A DNA stretch of 63,374 nt, counting the filler, from Sphacelaria rigidula (Eukaryota), in NCBI GenBank assembly GCA_964200075.2. It is 4 parts of 4 records of this genome, joined end to end, with 100 filler letters (N's around TTAATTAATTAA, not from the genome) between each part and the next. Parts side by side here need not be neighbours in the genome. Positions count along the whole stretch, not along the records: positions 15,874 to 31,644 come from CAXNAA020001603.1; positions 31,745 to 47,512 come from CAXNAA020001604.1; 2 more parts are not named here. One strand, 5' to 3'. Position 1 is the stretch's first letter; each line of letters starts with the position of its first letter. The position numbers and the translations under genes were made by a program. Below, piece by piece: positions 24,528 to 36,759 of the stretch. The notes under the pieces are model-generated. The model was given only the letters and a program-made list of their open reading frames with translations. It had not been told where the DNA came from and did no database searches.

Positions 24528-24891
24528 GTGTTGTGTTGCCATCCCATCTATTCTGGATGGCAGTCTACACCTTTCGGTTAATATATGGGGGCGAATCAGC
24601 CGCGGTCACACAGACAGGAGGAAGGCCAAAACAGGAGTATTTAGATATCTCGTTTCCATTACCGCGTGTTCCCTCTGCGGTGCTCGCCTCATTTGTGGTC
24701 GCGAGGGGTTTAGCAGTCCGTTTTCCTCGTCGACCGTGAATTCGAACGTCATGTACCCACGACATGGTCGCTCTTCACTGTTGAGCATCGTATGAGAAAA
24801 AATCCCAGATCGTGTGTGTTTACCAAGATTCCAACCCACGGCCCAACCGCCAGGAGGATTCAAGGTTACCAAGTGAGCCACCAGGGCGACC
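24528..24891 (-). mobile_element. tRNA-derived SINE, family 1 (diverged copy)
   Basis: Head ggtcgccctggtggctcacttggtaacc; body is colinear with 19388-19749. Confidence 0.75.
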
Positions 24892-27619
24892 GGTGCACTC
24901 TCCGCTCTAGAATGAAGAGAACTATCGACAGAAGAACTCCGATAGGCTACAACCCAAGCAACGGCAGGCCAGCACGGCAAGAACAAACAACAGTAGAACG
25001 CAACAACATAGCTTTTCATATGTAAGTATGTACTGGTACACACGTATACTGTAACCGCTCCGAAGGGGCCATGTGAACGACGCAACATGACCCCGAACCG
25101 TATTTCCCCCGTCCCACAACGGTACCTGTCGAGGTACTGAATATGGCCATGGCATTCGAACCTTTCCACGGATTGGGGTCGAAACATGTTTGGGAGGGGT
25201 GGCAGGGTCGGAAGATGAACCCATCAACACCAGACACACCCGCTGAGGGAATCATTTTCGAAACATTTAATTTATGAAAAAAGGCTTTCCAAGTTTAGCT
25301 CCGTCCACCGGCTCCCGAATATTCTTGGTGAAAAAACACGCCCAAGTCACCAACAGACCGTCTTTCTGCCGAAATTATGCAAGGAAGAAAATAACACATG
25401 AATTTTCATCAACAACTACATCGTTCTTACCCTATACGGCGAGGTTTCATGTGCATTTCCTCACGACCCTAAAAAAAATGAAAAATGTCATCAACCATCC
25501 GCGCGCACACGCTACTGGAACAAGAACAATACCACACCCGCACCAACGTCTCTCCTCTAACAAAGAATGCCCCGCGCCCACAGCTATTAGTACCCACAAA
25601 TGCTCACCGATACAGCACCCTCGAACAGAACCAATGAACAGAGAGGCAGAGGAAAGCGATATTGATTTACTTGACCTCAATTGTGGAACACGACAATACC
25701 CCACGAACAGCATAACAGCCCCACTTCAAGCGTCCTCCGTCCCCTGCCCCCCAAAAGTCACCCATGCCTCTTCCTCCTCACCTTGGGTGGGGCCAAGTGT
25801 TTGCAGTGCTTGCAGTCTACTACTTCGACGTCCCACTGCAAAAGAGATGGGGAAGGACTGTAACTACTACGAGCTGGGCCAGCCTAAAAGCTTACGTTTC
25901 TTCAGCACACGATAACTTTCAAGTATCTCGACCAGCCCTGATGTAAGTATATTGCTGTGAAGTGCAGGCCAATCTGCTGACGCACGATCTGCCGAAAACA
26001 AAATAATGAAAAAATATGTACTGCAGAATAGATTACCTCAACGACAGAAGAACCAGATTGTGCAAAAACGACATATGTCAAAATTCGAACTCGTGACCTT
26101 CCGCCTGGACAGCCGGGTGCAACAGTGCCACATAAAAAGTGAATGCACGGCCCAATCGAAGGAGTTTTAAGCTGAAACTTACACGACTTTCTGCACCTCA
26201 ATACCCAAAACTACGGCGGTAGTAAAAAAGATACATACATACACATTTTTTTAGTTCTGGCATTTTACAGATTTTGACAGAATCTTGGCCTGCCTCGAAT
26301 TGGCTGTCTTTCTCTCTTCATCTTTTACTGCCGCAATATGTTTCTACGGTTGATGATGTGAACCTCGCGTCGAAATTTTCAGCTTCAAACTCTTGAAACG
26401 GGCGGTTCCAAACTGTTCAGCCTCCAAAATATACTTTGAGCCGGTCCGGTCCGGCTCTGCTTCGTGTAGCAAACACTCAGGACCGTCCGCGCTACCATTC
26501 CACTACGCCACAATACCACGCCCCTCACACACATACAAACGTTTTTATATAGCAAAAAAATTAATTCCCTTATCACCGCTAACACAACGACCTATGCAGC
26601 ATCACTTTTCCACGCAGAGAACAAAGCTTTCTCGTCAGCACATAAAACACACGCAACATGGGGAAAAATAGGGGATATCGGTCAACTAGACTTACACAAC
26701 TAGCCCTACAAGCCCTCGCCTATCGCATATTTGTTTGGATCGAGTCACGTGCGTTCATAGTGGGTAGTTTTCGAAGCAGCTACATGCATCTTATGGGAAC
26801 CCCCACCCGTTCCCCCCTCCCCCGCCCCCACCCAGTGTACAGAATGAAAAATGACCCAAAACCTTACAAACCAACAGGGGTCACCATCTTGGCGCCAACA
26901 TCAGTGGTCGGGTGAGTCTCTTCAAGTGCCGCCCTTGCGGTGATTGCGGGGGTGACGTCGTGGATCACGACGCGGTTTGTTCTTGGGCATCGATGAGCCC
27001 ATGCACGACTCCGTTTCCCTTATTCCTTCCTGCATCCAGTGCGAAGGGGAGCGAGGGAAGCACGAGCAGTGGGGGAGGAAGGGAGTGGGGGGGGGGGGGG
27101 TACTCATGATCGCGCATGCTGTAGTCAAGAAACCTTTGAACTCGCATCCCTACAAAGATGGGACGGAGCACGCCAGGTTTTCGCCGGACCCAGGCTCACA
27201 ATCAATCACCGAGCGCGAAGCGCCGTGAACGTGTTCGGCGAGTCGCATGACATGTGAACTGCGTCCTGCTAATGTGGTTCGGCCCCAAGCGTATTGATTA
27301 TCTTGCCTTTGGATGACAGCCTGCGATGATTTGCTTCATTTTCATTTTCTGGTATCGCCACTTCCAGAGACAGCCACGGCTCATACACTGCCCCATGGGT
27401 GTCTCGCCGTTGAAACGTTCGTAGTGTGATCCTCCTCTCTGCGCGGGATTGAGGTTATCCCACCCCGTACAACATGATCTATTGATAGTTCGACCACCAT
27501 CATGGTTACCGCAAAAAAAACGCAAGCGCACAATAAAAACCGGTAACCTGGTAGCCTAGCTCACGCAGTGAGTGACGTATTTTACAGCATCGTTGCCAAC
27601 CGACGCCAACCCCATCGGA

Positions 27620-28110
27620 GGGGCGTACTCATTTGTTGCTTGCCTTAATCGTTTGACCATTGATCACGCATCCCTTTCGAGACGAAGCACCGTTCCTACT
27701 CCGAATAAAGCCACCTCCAACGTTCCGGTGCTCATTACGTTTCTTCCGTGGCTCATTACATTTCTTCCAAACATTACACAAAAACCTTTTACATATCTTA
27801 TCCCCGTTCTGCTTCGCCGTCTCTGGCAACAATCCATCTCCTAGTATAGCCGTGGTTTTCTCCCTACTGTCTGATGCACAAGCGATTTCATGCCACCTTN
27901 NNNNNNNCTAGCACGTCCCGTTCCTCCTTGTACAGTTCACATTCTGCCACTATATGACTTCTGCTCTCTATTCCTTTGCCACAGAGGCAGTTCTGCCCAT
28001 CCACTTCCTCCTCCTTTCGACGACTGGTGAATCTCTTCTTTTTGGCAGGTCCAGGTCCCCCACCCGACAGGTCCCCCACCCGACAGGGGGGGGGGGACAA
28101 GCAAATGTAC
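27620..28110 (-). mobile_element. LINE ORF2 C-terminus (Cys/His knuckle) and 3' UTR
   Basis: 27888-28121(-) encodes ...QNCLCGKGIESRSHIVAECELYKEERDVL. The adjacent gtactcatttgttgcttgccttagtcgtttgaccattgaccacgcatccctttcgagacg repeat recurs at ~47720, ~56755, ~58890, ~59130 and ~60590. Confidence 0.7.
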
Positions 28111-29380
28111 TCACGCCACACACGTCACCCTTCGAATATCAGCTATGATCTGATATCCGTTTGATCTTAGGCACCTGCGTAACCTGAATAATCTGGTAGG
28201 GGGCACACCAACATTGTGAGAGCTTGGACTTCATCTTGATCCAACAGTGCCGTGCCCGGGGATATGGATATCCTTGCGCAATCGAGCCAACCACGCTAAC
28301 GACCTCCTAAGCTCAACTCCATGACATTTGAGCGTGCTCGAGAAAAGCTGGTATCCTTGGATAGAAGACTACTTTGTGTCGAGTACAAAACTGCTACGGG
28401 CGCTACCATCTGCTGGATCCGTGCTCGGGGGGAGGAGACGGACAATGCAGCCACAATATCTATGCACCATCACAGAGTCATGTATCGGTAACTGCTTCTT
28501 CAATTTTCATGCTGCTCATTAGTATGGTGTTTGTTCCTCTGTAAGACTGTCGACCACGTGGCTCTTACAAAATTGATGACAAACTTCAGAGTAGTAGCTG
28601 CTACCCATGTTCTATTTCACAAAGGAAGAACATTCCGTACCCAGCACGTTGACAACTCTACACACACGTCATTTTCCTGCTCAAACACGAGAGTGACTTC
28701 ACCAACAGCCCCTCCCTCGTGAGCAACAAATGAGCACCCCTCCCCCCCCCCCCCCCCCCCCGCCCGCACCTTCAAACCGGCTTTCTCCCCATCTTCTCTT
28801 CTCCACCCCTTTCCTCCAACGCTCTCGTGAGCCTGTGAATTGAATCCTGGCTTGCTCAACTTTGCTCGTACTCAACCCTTACCCTCAAAGGGTGCGGCAA
28901 GGACCTTCACCATAAGGGTAGCTACATTTATCACGCTATATGCTCATGTTGGTGAAGTCGAAGCCACACTCACAGAGATCAAACGCATGTGGTGGCCAAA
29001 ATACATAAATCACAACACATTTCAGATTTGTAGCGTGGCGGACATAGCACTGCTACGTGCAGGTGTTTTCGTTCGGTCATGTTCCACGATCCACAAAATG
29101 TTCGCAAGATTTGCAGAATATGCTTTTCCGCATAAGGTGAAACGAAACGTTACCTTCACTTGACCCCTGAGCTGGGCACAAACGAGGGGTCACAGGAAGA
29201 AACACATAGCACCATACTTACGAAACAGTTTGCCGCAACTAAAGCAGAGACTGATGACGGTCAAAATCCACCCGTAACACAATTTCGTGACTTTGAGGGC
29301 GACCTAAAAGCTTGAGAGTGACAAGCCCCACGAAATGAGAATCCATTTCCGCTTGTCGACTGGTGTTTCTTGGGGAATAC

Positions 29381-29572
29381 CTTGCCGAGCCAGTCGAGGG
29401 GCGGGGTCAAAGGATTGCGCTTAGCTCTATCATGAACCCATTTCACACATCTACTGTTTGTATTGGCCTCGTCAATTAGCGAAAGTCCAATACTCCAGAT
29501 ATCCAGAAATGATTCAAGGACAGCCCGGAAAGGGTACACGATATTTTGGTCTTTTGAGAAGTCACGCATCAC
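29381..29572 (-). CDS. Candidate coding exon of an unidentified minus-strand gene
   Basis: ctgatctaggcag|GTG...AAG|gtattc, 192 bp and open. Encodes VMRDFSKDQNIVYPFRAVLESFLDIWSIGLSLIDEANTNSRCVKWVHDRAKRNPLTPPLDWLGK. Other exon-like segments lie nearby (~30296-30362, ~29154-29171, ~25920-25988). Confidence 0.4.
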
Positions 29573-31644
29573 CTGCCTAGATCAGTCACGATAACTTGTG
29601 CGGGCTCAAGAGAGGGGGGATACAGCACTGGGCTGGCTGCTGCTGTGAGCATGGGTCGAATTTCCACTTTTCAAAATAACAAAGTCGGGTATACCTTACC
29701 CGACCTGCCCTTGAAATGATCCATCAATGCTTGACACAGATCCGCTGTCAAAGTGCCGCTTTAGGGGTTATACGTTTTCTGTACTGCGTTGCCACCGGAC
29801 CCTCTGATATCTCTGAGGAGAATTTTGACAGGGTAGCTGTAGGCAAACGACGTCTGTACAGGCAAACCCTCACACACACGAATGGAAAATTGGTCAAGCT
29901 AGACCGATTCATATAACTCGCTCTCAATACAATATGTCACTTAATCTTACGAAAACTGCATATTCTCTAATCATGTTTTGATTGATGATCGGCATCTCCG
30001 ATTGATTGACCCTCACGAATCCAGCTGTGACGGGCCCCAAAATAGATACGAAGCCCAGCATTGATGAAAAAAAACAACAGAAAGACTTCGCGCAAAGAGA
30101 TAACTCGAGTGCGTAGATAGGACAAACCAGGAGGGGAGGAAAAACGAAAAGAGCAAGGAAACACATCCATGCTGCATGCTGCAGCGAACTTCTTCAGTCT
30201 CTGATGAGAGAGAGAACTTCATCACGAATCTGATTTTTCTGCGAATACACAGACACACACGTGCCAGGATGCGAACTCTCAACCATCCGACATACCCAGC
30301 TATCAGCGGACCAGTTGGTGTACCAGCTAGAGACTGCCAGGTCGCGGAGGCTCGCCAATGTACTGTACAGGGCAGGAAACGCTATTGCGGGACGATGCTG
30401 ACAGTGGTGATTGTACGCTCGAGGAAAATGACTACTTTCACTTTTCGCCCGGACGAATAACAAAGCGAATCGTTTCACCTCCTGCAATGGACTGAAGCAC
30501 CCGCGCGCACGTGTACAAAAAAAAAACACCGAAAAATCAACCATGGACGTATTCATTTCCAGCTCTTTCCTTGAAGATCCCGCATATATTTTTGACAGAA
30601 TCTTCGCAAATGGAAAAAAAAAAAACTACTGTGCGAAAACGTCAAAAGCCACCACACGCTCGGAATGGTGCAGAAATCATGTACTAGAAGAAGAAGAAAA
30701 AAAGATTGACGAAAATGCCGAAAGCATTCTCTTGTACCCGTATCCAATCATCCTAAAATCTTGGGTCAAGAATTCGACAGTGTAGCTGAAGAGTCTTCCC
30801 GTCCCCCCCGCTCCGTTTCGAACGGGTTAGAAACGTCAAAAATCCCTCCAGGCTCTTCCACTTCTTTTTTTTCTTGGTTTGCTTTGCCGTCATTCTCATC
30901 ATGATGCATCGTTTTGATGTTTGTTTTCAAGTTCGCTGCTGTTCTGGGGTGGGGTGGGGTGTCACGTGAAGTATGGTCATGCTCCTTGAGTGTCTTCTAC
31001 GGGAACAAGGGCTGCAAAAACCCAGTACAGAGGCCACCACACACGCAGCCTTTAGGACCAACGCAACACGTATTTGGATATGGGCACCGGTGTCCTCGTG
31101 CAAACCCCTCCAAAAATCACTACCGTTTGCGTCTGACCCACAGACAGCAAGTAGTGCCACCGTTCTTACCCCAACCCGTTTAAATATCGATTAAATTGGC
31201 GCGAGGTGGAGTTCAGGGGTAGTACGGTCTCTAAGAAGTGGCAATTCCGGTTTTATCCATCACACCGTACAGACACACAAATGGGCGACGTATGCCTACC
31301 GAAAAGCCTACTTGCCACACCGTATAGTGCGGTTTGTACAACACCCAAAGTTTTTCTCCACGACACAGTGCTGTTTTAGATCGAGATACAAGGGATACCA
31401 CCCCCACCAACTGACAGTCAGTACCTCCACACCTCTGCCCCCCCTCCCCATGGTGAGACACCCATGACGCAGTGTATAAGCCGTTGCTGCCTCTGGCAGT
31501 GGCAATACCAGACAATAATGCAGGTCATTGTTGGCTGTCACCCAAATGCAAGATAATCAGTTGGCTTCGGGCCGAAGGATCTTCGCACGGTGCAGCTCAC
31601 CTTTCATGCGACTCGCCGAACACACCACGGCGCTTCGCGCAGAT

Positions 31645-31744
31645 NNNNNNNNNNNNNNNNNNNNNNNNNNNNNNNNNNNNNNNNNNNNTTAATTAATTAA
31701 NNNNNNNNNNNNNNNNNNNNNNNNNNNNNNNNNNNNNNNNNNNN
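31645..31744. other. Artificial contig linker
   Basis: 44 N + TTAATTAATTAA + 44 N. Confidence 0.97.
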
Positions 31745-31757
31745 CCTGTCACTGAAC

Positions 31758-32015
31758 GGCCCATTATATGGCCAATACTTGGAGTTGGACCCTGAAATTT
31801 GGTATGGACAATGAGTAGGGCATAATAAAAAAAATTATTGGCGTACACAAGGTTTTTTTTTCTTGAGTTGAGGGCAATAATCAGTTTTCAGATATCGCTA
31901 AAATGCCCCTAACTCATGAAGAAAAAAAAAAATGTGTACGCCAGTAATTGTGCCCCACGCGTTGTCCATACCAAATTTCAGGGTCCAGCTCCAAGAACTG
32001 GCCGTATAATGGGCC
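31758..32015. mobile_element. ~258-bp palindromic MITE
   Basis: ggcccattatatggcca...ggaccctgaaatttggtatggacaa pairs with ttgtccataccaaatttcagggtcc...tggccgtataatgggcc; arms are ~110 bp. Confidence 0.75.
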
Positions 32016-32591
32016 TGCAAACTGCAGAATTGCTTCTCGGCTGGCCCAGCTCGTATTGCAACAGCGGAGGAGCAGCCATTCGCCTTGGGAATCAGCTAAT
32101 ACCCTGATCTTTTCAAGTTCCAGTGGTTTACCATACGAGGTAACGGGATAAGTTTACCCCCCACAACCACTCGTTGCTAATGAGTCATGATCTGCCTTGC
32201 TTCATCGCTTGCCTACCGTGCGCTAGGGACTAAACGAGCAAGGCTACGGTGGAGCAAGACCACTGTACGTACTTGGGGAAAGCTAAAGACAACACGAGAT
32301 ATTCAGTCCGTGCCCCGATTGAAGGCTACTCGTGCGAGCGGGAATGATATATATTACGTTTCGAGCTCGTGCCCCTCGGCCGTTTGACTGCGCAGAAGTG
32401 AAGCCCGACAATTGAAACCAACAACATGAAACACTGGGTTCATCAAACGAATGGAAAATGACCACCTCCGTACGCAAGAGGGCGTTCTACACTTTGGACA
32501 TGAAATCGATGCTTGCAAACTCGCGTGTTCCTAGCATCGGCTTGTCATAGGTGCGGACTACCGATGACCGTCATGGACAGAAATATCTCAC

Positions 32592-32748
32592 CATGCCTCT
32601 TCGGTCGTGCTTGTTGTCTGGGTGAAACTCGTCTGGGAAGGGCCCTCCCCATATGCTCTCTCCACCCTTTCCAGTGCCTAACGGGTCTCCACCTTGAATC
32701 ATGAAGTTCTTGATATTCCGATGAAATTTGGTCCCATCGTAGTACCCA
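32592..32748 (-). CDS. PPIL3: Cyclophilin (PPIL3-type peptidyl-prolyl isomerase), exon 2; later exons lost at the contig end
   Basis: cag|T GGG TAC...ATG|gtgaga. Encodes (S)[52 protein letters not shown], containing the cyclophilin FHR/FMIQGGD signature. Confidence 0.93.
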
Positions 32749-33361
32749 CTGTTTTCGTTTCCCCCCCGCGTATTTATTGCCGTGCGGCGGAGTAGTTCGA
32801 GGTGTACAACACAGACGAAAGACAGGTTTCTAGTCAAGTTGTGCATGTCAAATCTGTATGTTGCCCGCCCTGAGATCGTCTTGTACTGTCGAACATCAAC
32901 AAGCGATTGCCACCTTGGTTCCTCTTCTCTATACGTTTTTTTCAGCATTTAAATAACTCAAGGTAACCATGTATGGGTCGATAATATTTTTTTTGGCAAA
33001 CACATAAATGTATCGTTCTCTTTGCATCGCGGCAGTATCATAGCACCCTTGTTTGGATCTCGAGGAATACTTCGTACACGGTAGTTTGCCAACATCCGAG
33101 GACTCCAAATCTTACTCGTGTGACTCGGATTCGCTAAAGTCACGGGTACAGTAATCATTTCTTCGAATGAACGGTGGGAACCGTAGGACTTGGATCTCAT
33201 GAGTAATGAAAAAGAATAATAACTTCGTGGACTTGAGTCCGACTCGTTGTCATTTTCCCGAAAGACTGGTGAGAGTCCAGTTAAACTCGTTCCAATGTTT
33301 CTGGACTGAACCTCCGCACTTGAGTAAAAACTGTTCTCATGATTCCCGGATGAGTACTATA

Positions 33362-33829
33362 AGACGACTTTGTACGGCAAAAAATTCGTATTTGTACAAA
33401 TATGAGGATTTCAGTCCGTTTAAATCCGATTTTCTCCCGTGGATTGATTTTTCGGACCCCAGTCTGTTGGGCAATGTTTTTCGCCTAGCTCTGAGGAAAC
33501 CAGATCAATTCTCCGATTCTCTGGGCGCTGACTTTTGCTCCATCACCTTTCTGCTCAGATCTGGAGACTCCCGCATCTCCCCCGAATCTGGGGCCCAAAT
33601 CGGGGGAGATGCGGGAGTCTCCCGATCTGAGCAGAAAGGTGATGAACCAAAAGTCAGCCTCCAGGGAATCGGAGAATTGATCTGGTTTCTTCAGAGCTAT
33701 AGTAGGCGAAATACATTGCCCAACGGACTGGGGACCGAAAAATCAACCCACAGAAGAAAATCGGATTTAAACGGGCTAAAATCCTCATAGTTGTACAAAT
33801 ACGGATTGGTTGCCATACAAAGTGGTCTA
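33362..33829. mobile_element. ~467-bp near-perfect palindrome (foldback element) in PPIL3 intron 1
   Basis: agacgactttgtacggcaa...atctcccccga(atctggggcccaaa)tcgggggagat...ttgccatacaaagtggtct; the arms pair almost to the centre (~33595). Confidence 0.85.
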
Positions 33830-34849
33830 AGGCCACACTCGCTCTCACTTTCCTGAATGACCTTAACGACTCGAGTCCTATATAAAACTTACCGCCAGAC
33901 TTGGGGATTGTGAGCACTGGAGTAAGTCAAGCTCTGGTTGGCAGGAAAAGTTAGATGGTGGGTTGTGGTTTTGCGGCCTATTCGAGAACGCGGTATTTTG
34001 CCCGGCGGGTCTTCTACGTTTCTATATCCAAAACTTGAACATCGAAAAAAAGTTAAAAAACTGCTCACGCGGGGCTGTTACGAGGATACGAAAGATCCCA
34101 ATAAAAGTGCATGAAACTTCCTGCGCACACAACATGCTCGTGCATGCAAACTGACGGTCGTACGTCCACACACGGCCGCCCGCGGACACAATCTCGCACG
34201 CACGAACAAAGCATGAACACACAACCCTGGCGCGGCAGTATCTACGCACTTAGACACCGCTATCTTGAGATGACTACAGACTAGTCAGATTTGTCCCCAT
34301 TTTCCTGATTGGCTCCTACGACGTGAGTCCCATGAGTCTAACGAGTCATTTATTGTTTTCCATCATTCGTACGACGTGGGTCATCAGCCTCGTTTTTAAT
34401 TCTCCAAATGACGTACAGGATTTGATCCGGACTTCTCATTTCGTGAATGACTCGTTGGATTCGAGTCATCACGAGTCATGGCTTTTTACTTGTCGGATGC
34501 CGGGTATTTTGTATTTCGTCTGGTAGCCAAAAGGACATGTGAACAAGTCTGCCAAGTAAGATTTATAAATTGTGGCAGTCGGGTCCATTACAAAGGGTGG
34601 CTCCGTTATTGGCTACACACGGGCTATCAATACTCTGCTACCGTATCCCGCCCGCTTAACTTGCAGTTGCATCATACGGCCCGTTGTTGTGGAGTGGTGG
34701 TGGCAGCGGGAAGGAAGCGTTGGGGTCCGACCACAGTGCGGTCAAAAATCGATCGTAACAAGGCCAATCCGCGACATCAGTATCAAGTGATTGCACTGCT
34801 GCAGCCAGTATCGTACGGGGTCCTAGTAGAGTGCGGTCACGTCGTGCTA

Positions 34850-35269
34850 CAGAGGGCGCCCGCACTTAAGAACATGACACTTAAGAATTTAAGGCTCAAA
34901 TACTTCAAATATTAAGAACTTGCCCATAAGAACATGTGCTCAAATTGGATCTGGGGTCAAGAACAATAACCCGCACATCAGGTGTACCGCTGCAGCTACA
35001 TATAACAACGAGAGCACCGCGGCGACTGCGAACTACAGTACGCTCCGAACTTCTCTTTTTCGAACTGGTTCTGACCACAATAATCCCGCATCCGGAATCT
35101 TGGCTCACCACAGTACTGTACTGTGCTCATACAACAGTACTGTACTGTCGTGGGTACCCTCTACATATATAAGAACATGGCAACTAAGAACTTGTGCTCG
35201 GGTTGGGGCAGCCAACAAGCAACTGAGCCTCGCTCAAAATAAGATGTTCTTAAGTGCGGGCGCCCTCCG
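34850..35269. mobile_element. Tc1/mariner-type MITE with TA TSD
   Basis: ta|cagagggcgcccgcacttaagaacat...atgttcttaagtgcgggcgccctccg|ta, with internal taagaac repeats. Confidence 0.8.
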
Positions 35270-35831
35270 TATTATAGCAACCCACCAAACTACACCCCAC
35301 TAAACTTGAAACAATTCCACCGCAGGTGATGGAGATGGCCAACCTGAGTGTTGACTTGTCCAGTCTTTTGTTTTTCAAGAAAACGAGACCCCGCACTCCC
35401 GAGATACCAAGTCAACCAAACTATGGGGATATGATATTTGTAGTGACATATTTCTGGGTGGTTTGGCCGTAGGTACCGGAAGTTTCGGGAGAATCGAGCT
35501 TGAAAAACCCATCAAGGATGGGGTCTTATACCTCGTGACGTACAGACGGTGCGGGCGGGGATCAAATTTCAAAATTTCAAGCGACTGCAGAGGCGACAAA
35601 TCGGTCCAGCTCGGATTGCACAGCAGTGTATAGATATCAAGCCCAATCGCCATATCTACTATGATAAGTATAGACTGTCGTGAGGTGAAGAGAAAATCAC
35701 TGCCTACTAAATGAGCTGTTACGATACGACCCTGCTACGGTAACCACTCTGCCACTACTGATCGACCGACCGGATGGGGTCTGTAGGTTCCGGTATCTGG
35801 GACGAACCACTCTCTTGCAACTAGCACGTAC

Positions 35832-35932
35832 CTTGCGCAGTGGGCCAGAAAGTTATGAGAAGTTCGAGGAGCAGTATCACAGAATACCTCGAGCTTGATG
35901 TCGCCCAGCGTTGTGTGCAAAGTGACCGACAT
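35832..35932 (-). CDS. PPIL3: Cyclophilin (PPIL3-type), exon 1
   Basis: ATG...GCA AG|gtacgt. Encodes MSVTLHTTLGDIKLEVFCDTAPRTSHNFLAHCA, the characteristic PPIL3 N-terminus; the phase-2 junction matches exon 2. Confidence 0.93.
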
Positions 35933-36759
35933 GTTTCAGGGCGGATCACGGATCTGTGCGATATGCAAGCTGGGGGACTTGCAGATATGCGTTGATACTC
36001 CCTTGGGTAACTCGCTCAGACCTGCGGTCACATCACCAGGCGAGTGTTTGCTGCGTAGACGCTGTCCGTCGCCAAATATAGTAATGACACACGTGAAAAT
36101 TGAACAAAAGAATGGTCACTGAAGTAAGCTTGTATCGACTATTGCTTCGTAGATGAATCGAGACTATGCTGAATCAACAACAAGAAGAGCAGCGCATGTA
36201 GTTTCAACGAAGAGAAAAATCGCGCCCCGGACGCAATAGAAAGTATCGCACGTGAGTACATTTTTCAAGTACCAGAACACCGAGTGAGCCACAGGGGAGT
36301 GTGAGTTCTGGCGTGGCCGTATCGGCCTAGATACTAATGAAGAAATTCCCAGTATTACAACAACAATCGCTTGATCACAGCGATGCGTACCGCAGCTACA
36401 CGTTGTACTTACAAGACCTTCGCCGAAAATGGTCGCGCGCTCTTCTATTCCTTCTTCGTTTTCTCCTCAGTTTTATCGCTCTCTCTACGTTCTTGCATAG
36501 TTTCCCCCTTTCTCGAGTTTCCTTTACCGTGTGTCTCCACATATTTGCCTCGGGTACGTCTATCTTGTAACCGCAGCTGGATTCGTAGCAGATGGATTAA
36601 TATGCGACAAATCACAGGAGGCAGCTCGGGCCTGAGTCGTGCTTGCTGCGGCAAAGTCACCACTACACGCTGAACCGCCATCACAAGACGCGCATTACTC
36701 TATAGCAGGCGCACCACTATATACATAGCCACCGTAACATGCCCCTTCACCCCCAGAAA

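Noticed and set aside
25274-25915. 213-aa plus-strand ORF
   Set aside because: Low-complexity composition, no domain and no convincing splice context.
14788-31644. Remaining kinase exons, or the 3' exons of PPIL3, in contig 2
   Set aside because: No HRD/DFG/APE or cyclophilin NGSQFF motif was found by eye, and the contigs appear unrelated.
33206-33790. 194-aa ORF
   Set aside because: It lies within the 467-bp palindrome in a PPIL3 intron and is an incidental open frame.
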